Positions 56,268 to 64,000 of a DNA stretch of 64,000 bases are shown piece after piece. The DNA is from Longimicrobiales bacterium (GTDB taxonomy: Bacteria; Gemmatimonadota; Gemmatimonadetes; Longimicrobiales; Gaopeijiaceae): assembly GCA_965202805.1 (NCBI GenBank), contig OZ241869.1, positions 2,848,001 through 2,912,000 on the forward strand. Direction: 5' to 3'. Both the position numbers and the translations under genes were made by a program. Below the pieces are notes generated by a model. That model did no database searches. It saw only the letters and a list, made by a program, of their open reading frames with translations, and was not told the origin of the DNA. Positions within the stretch are counted from its first letter, which is position 1. Every line of letters begins with the position of its first letter.

Positions 56268-57263
56268 TCAGCCGGTCTGCAGGCGCGCGATCTCGGCTTC
56301 CGCCGCGATATGGCCGAAGCCGGCCCAGCCCGAGCCCTCGAGGATGCGGCGGTACATTTCTGCCGCCTGCTCCTCGCGCCCGTTGTAGAGGTGCCAGGTC
56401 GCCACGCCGTAGGCGATAGCCACGCCGGACGGGTCGTCCTGCTCCGGATCCCACAGTTCGTCGGCTTCGATCTCGCCCTTGTACATCAGCAGGAGTTGGT
56501 GGTAGGAGGTGTTTTCGATCACGTCGAGGCCCGCGGTCACGGGCTCGAGGACGGCCGCGGCCTCTTCGTCGCGACCCAGGCGGCGGAGCGCCATGTACCA
56601 CCAGTGCGAGATCGCGACCAGCTGGTCCGGGTTGTCGGTGACGGCGATGTAGTCCTCGTAGGCCGGGACGGCGGCCTCGAAGTCGCCCTTCAGGTAGTGC
56701 GCCAGCGCCAGGTGGTAGTGGATGTTGGACTGGAGGGTGCTGGTGGGGATGCCGCGTTCGTTGGGCTGGCCGTCCGGCTCCACCTCGTCGGGCTCGCCTT
56801 CCTCCAGGGCGGCTGCATGGGAGAGGTCGTCGATGGCCCGGTCGAATTCGCGCACGCTGATCCAGCGATGGCCCCGGTGGCGATACATGCGGGCGTCCGC
56901 GGGGTGCTTTTCGATCCCTTCGCTGAAGACGTCGATGGCCTCCCGATAGAGCCCCGTGTAGCCGATGCGGCGGCCCAGCCAGATGATGGCGTCGGCGTCG
57001 TTCGGGTCGGCTTCGTAGTCGGCGCGGGCCGCATCGATGTCCGCGGCCTGCTGCGCCGCGATGTCGGGCGGCGCCGGGTTGGGGTACAGGGGCTCGCCGA
57101 GGAGGGAGATGGCCTGGGCGCCTTCGGGGAGCGGGCGGGACGCTTCGGCGGCGGGGTCGTCCGGCGGGGCGTTCCCGGGGTCGGGGGCGTCCCGGGTGCA
57201 GCCGGAGAGGGCCGGTAGCGCGAGGAGAACGCCGATGCCGGCGAGAGGTCGATGGTGCTTCAT
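56268..57263 (-). CDS. TPR-repeat lipoprotein
   Basis: Lipobox LSGC; TPR-like helices (IWLGRRIGY.G.YREAI..., YHLALAHYLKGDF). Confidence 0.85.
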   Translation of the reverse strand: MKHHRPLAGIGVLLALPALSGCTRDAPDPGNAPPDDPAAEASRPLPEGAQAISLLGEPLYPNPAPPDIAAQQAADIDAARADYEADPNDADAIIWLGRRIGYTGLYREAIDVFSEGIEKHPADARMYRHRGHRWISVREFDRAIDDLSHAAALEEGEPDEVEPDGQPNERGIPTSTLQSNIHYHLALAHYLKGDFEAAVPAYEDYIAVTDNPDQLVAISHWWYMALRRLGRDEEAAAVLEPVTAGLDVIENTSYHQLLLMYKGEIEADELWDPEQDDPSGVAIAYGVATWHLYNGREEQAAEMYRRILEGSGWAGFGHIAAEAEIARLQTG

Positions 57264-57279
57264 GGCGCTGTCCTGGTGA

Positions 57280-58503
57280 TCAAGAGTGATGTGTTGTGGA
57301 GAGGTCGCGGAGCGCTTCCGCGAGCGTCTCGATTTCGGCGCGGGTGTTGTAGTAGTGGGGAGAGACGCGCAGGGTGCTCTCGACGCCCTTGGCGTCCAGG
57401 TCGATCAGGGCGTAGTCGTGCGGCGTGGCGGAGGTGTTGATGCCCCGCTCGCGCAGCGCGGGGACGAGCGCGGCGGGGTCGCGGCCCGCCAGGTGCACCG
57501 AGACGATGGCGGAGCGGACCCGCCCCTGGTCCAGGACCGTCACGCCGTCCAGCGCGCCCAGGGTGTCGCGCGCGAAATCCGCCAGAGCCCACGCGCGCTC
57601 GCGGATGTTGTCGAGTCCCAGCCGGTTCGCGTAGCGCACCGCTTCGCCGGTCGCCAGCACCAGCGCGTAGGCGAACTCCCAGTTCTCGAACCGGGTGGCG
57701 TCCGGGGCCGGCTGGTAGAGGTCCGTGTCGATCCAGTGGGCGCCCCGCAGGTCCGGCAGCAGGGGTTCGAGGTCCATGTCCAGGACGCGGTCGGAGACGT
57801 AGAGGAAGCCCGCCCCGCGCGGGCCGCGCAGGAACTTGCGGGCGGTGGCCGAGAGGAAGTCGCAGCCGATGGCGCGCGCGTCCACCGGCATCTGGCCCAC
57901 CGACTGGCAGGCGTCGACCAGGTAGAGGACGCCGCGCTCGCGGCAGGCCTGCCCCACCTCCTCGACCGCCTGCACCAGCCCGGAGCTGGTGGGCACGTGG
58001 GTGAGCGCAACCAGGCGCGCGCCCCGCCGGTGGATGATGCGCGCCACCGCGGCCGGGTCGACGCCTCCCTCGGGCAGGTCGGGCGCCCGCACCACCTCCA
58101 CCCCCAGGCGGGCCTGCAGGGACAGGTAGGCGATCTGGTTGGAGACGTAGTCGTTGGTGCTGGTGACCAGCACGTCCCCCCGCTGGAAGGGGATGCACGA
58201 GAGCGCCTGGTTGAAGGCCGCGGTGGCGTTCTCCATGAAGGCGATGTTGGCGGGCGCCACCCCGAGCAGCCCGGCGACCGCGTCGTAGGCGGCGGCGACC
58301 CGGTCGGCGCGCGCATCGGCGGCCTCGTAGCCGCCGATGCGGGCCTCGAGTTCCAGGTGGTCGCGAGCGGCACGCAACGCGGGCGCCGGCATGAGGCCGG
58401 CGCCCGCGTTGTTCAGGTGGACCCGCTCCCGGCAGCCGGGGGTGTCCGCGCGCAGCCGGCCGATGTCAAGGGCCGGGTGGTGTTCCGGGGCACCGGACAT
58501 CAT
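57280..58503 (-). CDS. Class V PLP-dependent aminotransferase/C-S lyase-like
   Basis: HLNNAGAGL, VDACQSVGQ, ARKFLRGPRG.G, LRVSPHYYN. Confidence 0.9.
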   Translation of the reverse strand: MMSGAPEHHPALDIGRLRADTPGCRERVHLNNAGAGLMPAPALRAARDHLELEARIGGYEAADARADRVAAAYDAVAGLLGVAPANIAFMENATAAFNQALSCIPFQRGDVLVTSTNDYVSNQIAYLSLQARLGVEVVRAPDLPEGGVDPAAVARIIHRRGARLVALTHVPTSSGLVQAVEEVGQACRERGVLYLVDACQSVGQMPVDARAIGCDFLSATARKFLRGPRGAGFLYVSDRVLDMDLEPLLPDLRGAHWIDTDLYQPAPDATRFENWEFAYALVLATGEAVRYANRLGLDNIRERAWALADFARDTLGALDGVTVLDQGRVRSAIVSVHLAGRDPAALVPALRERGINTSATPHDYALIDLDAKGVESTLRVSPHYYNTRAEIETLAEALRDLSTTHHS

Positions 58504-58611
58504 CGCGCGCGGTGCTGCCACGTGCGCGGAGCCATCGGTGGACCTGGCTGGCCGGAGGGCCTCCTGCGCTCGCGCACGCGACCGTCGCTTCCGGTGCAGT
58601 TGCGCGGCGCC

Positions 58612-60258
58612 CTACCGGCTGGACTCGTCCGAGACCGCCGCCCGCTCGGCCTTCGCCTGCCGCACCATCTCCCTCACGTCCTCCAGCAGCTGCTGGGCGT
58701 CGTAGATGATGCCGTCCTTGATCGTGTACTTGATTCCCCCGACGCGCCCGGGCACTCCGGTTTCGTCGTCCAGCTTGGGCGCGCCGTTGCCGTACAGCAC
58801 CTTGAGGTTCTCGAGCGGGTTCTCGTCGACAAGCACCAGGTCGGCGCGCCTGTTCGGGCGGATGATGCCGAAATCGGGGGGCGCGTCGTCGTACTTGGTG
58901 AGCATCCGCGCCGGGTACAGGGTCGCGGAGCGGATGACCTCGACGGGATGGAAGCCCGCCTCGCGCAGCAGCTCGAACTCGCGAATGTAGTCGAAGCCGT
59001 AGAGCTTGTAGATGAAGCCCGAGTCCGAGCCCGTGGTCACGATCCCGCCCGCGTTCTTGTAATCGTTCAGGAAGTGCATCCACTTCTGGTAGAACCTGCG
59101 CCAGTGGTACTCGTCCTCGGTGGTCCAGTAGAACCAGTAGGAGCCGTGCGCCACCCGGCTGGGCTGGTAGAACTCTTCCTGCGACGGAAGCGTGTACTCG
59201 TCGTGGTAGTCCGCTTCGCGGGCGCGCATGACGTCGCGGCTGGCCTCGTAGATGGTCATCGTCGGGTCGAGCCCGAAGCCCAGCTCCAGGAACTCGTCGA
59301 TGAGCTGTTCCCACTGTTCGCTGCCCGGTTCGGCGGCCTGATACCAGAGCCGCCCCACGTTGCCGAAGCGGTGCTGCTCGTCGTTGTAGTTGTAGTCGAG
59401 GGGCCAGTCCTGGACCGAATAGTCGGTGAGCATGGACTCCATGAGGCCGTAGTAATGCGTCATCATGTCCAGTCCGGCGCGCGCCGCCTCGACCGCCGTC
59501 ATGCGCGCCATGCCCATCTGGTCGAGGTGGGCGACGGTCTCCAGGTCGAAGCGATGCGCCTCATCGATGAGCGCGGCCATGATCTCGGGGTCGTAGGCGC
59601 CCAGCTTGAGGCCGTCGATGGTCTGGCCCTCGATTTCCTGGGACGCCGCCCAGCGCACCCACTCGCGTGCATCTTCGGGAGTGATGATCAGGCGTCCGCC
59701 CCAGCCCAGGCCGCTCCCTGGGCGCGCGTACGAGTACATGTGGGGCGCGACGATGGTGTTTTGGGCCGCCAGCGCCTTCTCGCGCAGCTGCCACTCGAAG
59801 TTCCCGTGGGGCACGCCGCGGGACGTGGTGATCCCGTGCCCCAGCCAGAGCTTGTAGACGTATTCGCCCTGCGGGGCCTTGGGAACGCCCCCCGTGTGCG
59901 CGTGCATGTCCACGAAGCCGGGGAGCAGGAACATCCCCTCGCCATCGATCTCGTGGTCGCCCGCCTCCGGGCGGCGCTGCTCGTTGATGTCAACCAGCGG
60001 GTAGCCCACCGACGCCACCTCGACGATGCGGTCGTTCTCGATAACCACGTCCATGGGCCCCCGCGGCGGCGAGCCGGTGCCGTCGATGACGGTCACGCCG
60101 CGGATGACCAGGCGATCGAAGGGGCCCTCGCCCTCGTCGGCGCCGCGGGGGGTGGTGGGCTCCATCTGAGCCTGGGTGGGGGCGGGGAGCAGGATCGCGG
60201 CAAGGACGCAGGTCACCAGAATGGGCAGAACGCCTCGGGATGTCTGAGGGCGGGGCAT
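58612..60258 (-). CDS. Secreted amidohydrolase-family protein
   Basis: Signal peptide, VIDGTG, LPGFVDMHAH, GSDSG, ADLVLVDENPL. Confidence 0.88.
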   Translation of the reverse strand: MPRPQTSRGVLPILVTCVLAAILLPAPTQAQMEPTTPRGADEGEGPFDRLVIRGVTVIDGTGSPPRGPMDVVIENDRIVEVASVGYPLVDINEQRRPEAGDHEIDGEGMFLLPGFVDMHAHTGGVPKAPQGEYVYKLWLGHGITTSRGVPHGNFEWQLREKALAAQNTIVAPHMYSYARPGSGLGWGGRLIITPEDAREWVRWAASQEIEGQTIDGLKLGAYDPEIMAALIDEAHRFDLETVAHLDQMGMARMTAVEAARAGLDMMTHYYGLMESMLTDYSVQDWPLDYNYNDEQHRFGNVGRLWYQAAEPGSEQWEQLIDEFLELGFGLDPTMTIYEASRDVMRAREADYHDEYTLPSQEEFYQPSRVAHGSYWFYWTTEDEYHWRRFYQKWMHFLNDYKNAGGIVTTGSDSGFIYKLYGFDYIREFELLREAGFHPVEVIRSATLYPARMLTKYDDAPPDFGIIRPNRRADLVLVDENPLENLKVLYGNGAPKLDDETGVPGRVGGIKYTIKDGIIYDAQQLLEDVREMVRQAKAERAAVSDESSR

Positions 60259-60386
60259 GGGTCCTCCGGGATGAACGGATCGGGCGTGATTGGGGAAATC
60301 TAGGCGAAGCGGGGCAGAGGGGCGAACGGCTACCCCTGCGCGGGTCGCGACGCGATGGACGCGGATCCCCGGTGACATGGGCGCGA

Positions 60387-60812
60387 TCAATCGGCGTGGC
60401 GCGCGACCCAGGCCTCCGGAGTGACCGCGCCTGCCCGGTCGACCAGTTCCTCGTCCCATGAGACGATCTCACCGCCCACCGCCTCCGCGACAGCGGCGTA
60501 GAGGGCATCGCCGGAGCGAAGAAACCGACGGGTGCCGACCGCCACGGCCCGCCGGACCATGCGCCGGGTCAGCGAGTGCCAGGTGATCATTGGGAAGTCC
60601 AGTGCCTGGCGCGCAATCAGGCGGCCCCGCCCGGTGTCGCGCAGGCGCCGGGACAGCGCGCACGCAACCTCGATCTCGGCGTACTCGGGGAGTGCGATCG
60701 GGTGCCGACGTGCACCGACGGCCCCGAGGAAGGCACGCGACGCATCCGACCGCACCTCTGTGGGATCCAGGGCCGACACCCAGACATTGGCGTCAACGAC
60801 CAGAGGTCTCAC
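60387..60812 (-). CDS. vapC: VapC-family PIN-domain toxin
   Basis: LVVDANV, E.ACAL.R, LRSGDALYAAVA, IVSWD; GTGA overlap with the antitoxin stop. Confidence 0.88.
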   Translation of the reverse strand: MRPLVVDANVWVSALDPTEVRSDASRAFLGAVGARRHPIALPEYAEIEVACALSRRLRDTGRGRLIARQALDFPMITWHSLTRRMVRRAVAVGTRRFLRSGDALYAAVAEAVGGEIVSWDEELVDRAGAVTPEAWVARHAD

Positions 60813-61075
60813 AGAGGTTCGAGCCGGTTCCGGTCGGATTGCAGATGTTCCAACGCGGTGGGCCCCGGTGGAGCGCTCCTCATCGCTTCGTCCGCCGCTC
60901 GGAACCAGGAGTGGGGCCAATCCGTCCGGTTCGATTCATCTGTCCTCGGCTCTTCCTCGCTGAGCCAGCGCTGGTAGAGCCGCGTGGTCACTTCGCGGAT
61001 GGTAAGCCCTCTCAGGGCGGCCTCCGCCTTGACCCTTCGGTACAGGTCGTCCGGGATGTTGATGGTCGCCTTCAT
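60809..61075 (-). CDS. Ribbon-helix-helix antitoxin (VapB-like)
   Basis: MKATINIPDDLYRRVKAEAALRGLTIREV; upstream of and coupled to the PIN toxin. Confidence 0.85.
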   Translation of the reverse strand: MKATINIPDDLYRRVKAEAALRGLTIREVTTRLYQRWLSEEEPRTDESNRTDWPHSWFRAADEAMRSAPPGPTALEHLQSDRNRLEPL

Positions 61076-61081
61076 GTGACC

Positions 61082-61110
61082 ATGCTAGCTGTATTGCCGT
61101 ATCGCCGCAA
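61082..61110 (-). promoter_or_regulatory. Leaderless sigma70 promoter of vapBC
   Basis: TTGCGG-17 nt-TAGCAT ends 6 nt before the antitoxin ATG; ATACGGC/ATACAGC direct repeat in the spacer. Confidence 0.6.
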
Positions 61111-61121
61111 GAACGGTCGCC

Positions 61122-62039
61122 TCAGTCCCCGAACGCGGCTTCAGCCAGCCGCTTCTTGTACCACTCGGGGAACCCCCTGGTGACCGCGCCGTCGAAGCGC
61201 CTCTCGAAGTGCTTCCACAGACGGTCCTTGAGGTCGTCCAGGCATTCCTCGCGCACGTCCTCGCGGATGTGGCGGATGATCCTGCCGATCTCGACCGGGG
61301 TGCCGCCTTCGATCAGTCCCTCGGCCAGCAGTCCGGTCACCACCTTCTCCCAACGGGCCGGGCCGGAAACCGATTCCGCCAGGACCTTCAGGAACTCGGT
61401 CTGCCTGAGGCGCTTCCAGTCCGGGTTGCGGGCGTGGGCCTCCTTGAACTTCTCGGAAACGAACTTGGCCCGGAGCGGAAGACCATCCTCGCCGAAGAGG
61501 GGAACCTGGTGGGCACGCTTGATGACCACGCCCTCGATCCTGGCCCCGCCCAGGAACGACTCCAGTTCCAGCAGCTTCTCCAGCCGGGCTGTGCTCGACA
61601 GCATCCCCTCGAAGAGGAGGGGCACCGCCTCGATCCCCAGCCGGGTCGCCACCTGGGCCTTCTCCTCGTAGCCGAGGTAGTCCTGGGTGCCGACGTCGAC
61701 ATCGAAGAGAGCGATGTGGCCCAGCGGCACACGGCCATAGGTGAGCGTGTTGTGGCGCGGCCGGCCCACCGCTTCCCCGCGATACACGACGCCCGGCGAC
61801 AGCAGGCCGTCTTCCGCCATCCGCCGGATCGACGCGACCGACGGGGCGAAGAGGTTCGGCGGCTCGTCCAGATCGAGCGTGAGCCGCTTGGAGCGGGCCG
61901 ACAGGCGCGGCGGCTCGCCGACCAGGCCCCAGCTGATCTGCGAGCCGTCCACCTTCTCTTCCACGACGACGGGCTTGTCGAGCAGTCCCTTCGTCGCACG
62001 GTGGCCGAGGGCGAATATCTTTCCGTAGCGTCCCGGCAT
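61122..62039 (-). CDS. ATP-dependent RNA ligase (Rnl2-like nucleotidyltransferase)
   Basis: Motif I EEKVDGSQ, III YRGEA, IIIa LFDV, VPLLF, IV IEGVVIK, V AKFVSEKFKE; helical C-domain IGRIIRHIREDVREE. Confidence 0.82.
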   Translation of the reverse strand: MPGRYGKIFALGHRATKGLLDKPVVVEEKVDGSQISWGLVGEPPRLSARSKRLTLDLDEPPNLFAPSVASIRRMAEDGLLSPGVVYRGEAVGRPRHNTLTYGRVPLGHIALFDVDVGTQDYLGYEEKAQVATRLGIEAVPLLFEGMLSSTARLEKLLELESFLGGARIEGVVIKRAHQVPLFGEDGLPLRAKFVSEKFKEAHARNPDWKRLRQTEFLKVLAESVSGPARWEKVVTGLLAEGLIEGGTPVEIGRIIRHIREDVREECLDDLKDRLWKHFERRFDGAVTRGFPEWYKKRLAEAAFGD

Positions 62040-62456
62040 GGTCTCATCCGCGTGGAGGTCCGGCTCTCAACAGAGTGTCGAGAGCTTCTCGCGGCGCGAG
62101 AACCGGGATCGGCGGCCGAAGGAAGTCGGCTGTGGCTTCGCGTGATGATGCGCCGGGCTGCAGCGTGGCGGAAAGGAAGTACGCCGACTCCCGCCGGTCA
62201 AGGGGGCCATCGGCGCTGGAAACCCGTTCCCCGCCCCGTGATACTATCGCGAGAGAGCGGATAGTATCATGGCGGGCGCGGACGGCGGGGACGGGTTCGG
62301 AACGGTGATCCCCGACCCGCGCCGGCTACGCGGCGAGTCCTCCCGGAGCGTGGCAATGGCGTTGAGGTTATCGTTGTGTCATTCGTCATCGACGGCGGGC
62401 ACAATCCATGTCCAGACCAGCCCGAGGAGCCTCCCTGACCCCTTGAGAACCAGGAC

Positions 62457-64000
62457 GTGACCGCAACCGAGGGGGAAGTTCGGCGCAGAGCCGACCGCCT
62501 GCGCGCCGAGATCAGGCGCCACGACCACCTCTACCATGTCGAGAACCGGCCGGAGATCTCGGACGGCGCCTACGACAAGCTGTTTCGGGAGCTCCAGGCC
62601 ATCGAGGAGGCGTTTCCGCACCTCCTGACGCCCGACTCGCCCACCCAGCGGGTCGGGGCGGACCCGCTTGCAGAGCTGCCGGTGGTGCCGCATGTGGTGC
62701 CGATGCTCTCGCTTGACTCGTCGGAGGAATCGGAGGATCTACACCGTTTTGACGAGCGGGTGCGCAAGGCGGTGGACGGGCCGGTCGAGTATCTCGTGGA
62801 GCCCAAGCTGGATGGATCGTCACTTGAGGTAGTCTACGTAGACGGTGTCCTGAACAGGGCGGTTACCCGCGGCAACGGAAGGGAGGGCGAAGGCGTCACC
62901 GAGAACGCCCGTACCATCCCTTCGGTGCCGCTGCGGTTGAGGTCGGCAGAGGAGCCGGCGACGCTCGATTCCTCGGATGGTGATCCGTCGGAGGCGGCCG
63001 ATGCCCTCCCCATCCCATCCCTGCTCGCCGTCCGGGGCGAGGTGCTCATGTACCTCTCTTCCTTCGAGGAATTGAACCGGACCCGTGTCGAAGCCGGTCT
63101 CGAGCCCTACGCCAACCCGCGCAATGCGGCGGCGGGGGCGCTGCGCCAACTGGACTCGCGCATCACCCGGACACGACCCCTGGAGTTCTTCGCCTACGAC
63201 ATCCTCGACGTCAGATGGCGGGACGATTCGCGGCCTGCGGGGGACGCTGGCGAGGGGGCGGCCTTCGACACCAACCCGGGGGCGGCCTTCGGGACCGACG
63301 AGGAAGCGGCCGAGGCTCTGCACGGGTGGGGGCTGAGGCTGCCGGACCGAACCCGCAAGGTGGCGGACATCGAGGAAGCCATCGCCTACCACGCCGAGTT
63401 CGCGAGCGACCGGGACGACCTCGACTACGAGATCGACGGAGTGGTGCTGAAGCTGAACGCGCTGGCTCCGCGCGCCGCGCTCGGGAGCACGTCGCACCAC
63501 CCGCGGTGGGCGTTCGCATTCAAGTTTGCCCCCCGGCAGGAGGTGACCCGCCTGGAGCGCATCACCGTACAGGTCGGCCGTACAGGAAAACTGACTCCGC
63601 TGGCCCTGCTGCGCCCCGTGGAGGTTGGGGGCGTGACGGTGTCGCGCGCCTCGCTGCACAATCGCGAGGAGCTGGAGCGCAGGGATGTGCGCGAGGGCGA
63701 CCTGGTGCGCATTCAGCGCGCGGGCGATGTCATTCCGCAGGTGGTCGAGCGGGTGGAGGAACCCGGCCGGGCGCGCGGCGACCCCTTTCGGATGCCCGAG
63801 GAGTGTCCCCGGTGCTGCGCGGCCGTGGTGGAAGAGGGGCCGTTCGTGGTTTGTTCGAACCGCCTGGGTTGCCCGGCGCAACTGGAGCGCGGCATCGAGC
63901 ACTTCGTGTCGCGGGGCGGGCTCGACATCGAGGGCCTTGGCTCGGAGACGGTCGCGCTGCTGGTGGGTAGGGGCCTGGTGCGCCAGCCTGCCGACCTCTT
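62457..64000 (+). CDS. ligA: NAD-dependent DNA ligase (3' end runs off the window)
   Basis: GTG start; HDHLYH...ISDGAYD, PDSPTQRVG, PMLSLD, EPKLDG, TRGNG.EGE, NPRNAAAG, DGVVLK, PRWAFAFKF, VGRTG, ASLHN, RAGDVIP. Confidence 0.97.
   Translation, partial: MTATEGEVRRRADRLRAEIRRHDHLYHVENRPEISDGAYDKLFRELQAIEEAFPHLLTPDSPTQRVGADPLAELPVVPHVVPMLSLDSSEESEDLHRFDERVRKAVDGPVEYLVEPKLDGSSLEVVYVDGVLNRAVTRGNGREGEGVTENARTIPSVPLRLRSAEEPATLDSSDGDPSEAADALPIPSLLAVRGEVLMYLSSFEELNRTRVEAGLEPYANPRNAAAGALRQLDSRITRTRPLEFFAYDILDVRWRDDSRPAGDAGEGAAFDTNPGAAFGTDEEAAEALHGWGLRLPDRTRKVADIEEAIAYHAEFASDRDDLDYEIDGVVLKLNALAPRAALGSTSHHPRWAFAFKFAPRQEVTRLERITVQVGRTGKLTPLALLRPVEVGGVTVSRASLHNREELERRDVREGDLVRIQRAGDVIPQVVERVEEPGRARGDPFRMPEECPRCCAAVVEEGPFVVCSNRLGCPAQLERGIEHFVSRGGLDIEGLGSETVALLVGRGLVRQPADL

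Noticed and set aside
57286..60303. 1005-aa plus-strand ORF and similar long antisense ORFs (e.g. 42122-44725, 13103-14704)
   Set aside because: Antisense mirrors of well-supported genes, with no motifs; expected at high GC3
60387..62039. Prophage remnant suggested by the phage-like RNA ligase
   Set aside because: No structural, integrase or other phage genes nearby

Overview
This is a high-GC bacterial chromosomal window containing the replication origin. Gene style (lipoproteins, SusC-like receptor, BTAD/AraC regulators) suggests Gemmatimonadota, possibly a host-associated lineage; that is inference only. The left end carries yidC-yidD-rnpA-rpmH / dnaA-oriC-dnaN, with a Bacillus-like DnaA-box/DnaA-trio unwinding element and a parS-like site. 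Next come pyrE, a sigma54 two-component operon, tRNA-Asn, an AraC plus BTAD-STAND regulator pair and a secreted cyanophycinase. The most striking region is 18.6-34.3 kb. It holds six tandem paralogous lipoproteins (Ig-like domain plus PQQ-type beta-propeller) with near-identical scaffolds but mosaic, hypervariable loops. The last four are translationally coupled into a SusC-like TonB-dependent receptor that has no SusD. A 3-kb insert splits this array and carries an IS5/ISNCY-type element, a small secreted Ig-like protein, an array of ~22-bp palindromic repeats and a frameshifted NarL/LuxR HTH remnant. The right half has dsbA, pduO, ferredoxin, a probable sigma54-driven small membrane peptide, an M20 deacylase, arginase, bacilliredoxin and an hcrCAB-like molybdoenzyme operon interrupted by a DUF1460 amidase. 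It ends with an AAA/PD-(D/E)XK protein, the suf operon, a vapBC pair preceded by an Rnl2-like RNA ligase, and a partial ligA. All calls rest on motif recognition by eye; no database searches were run.
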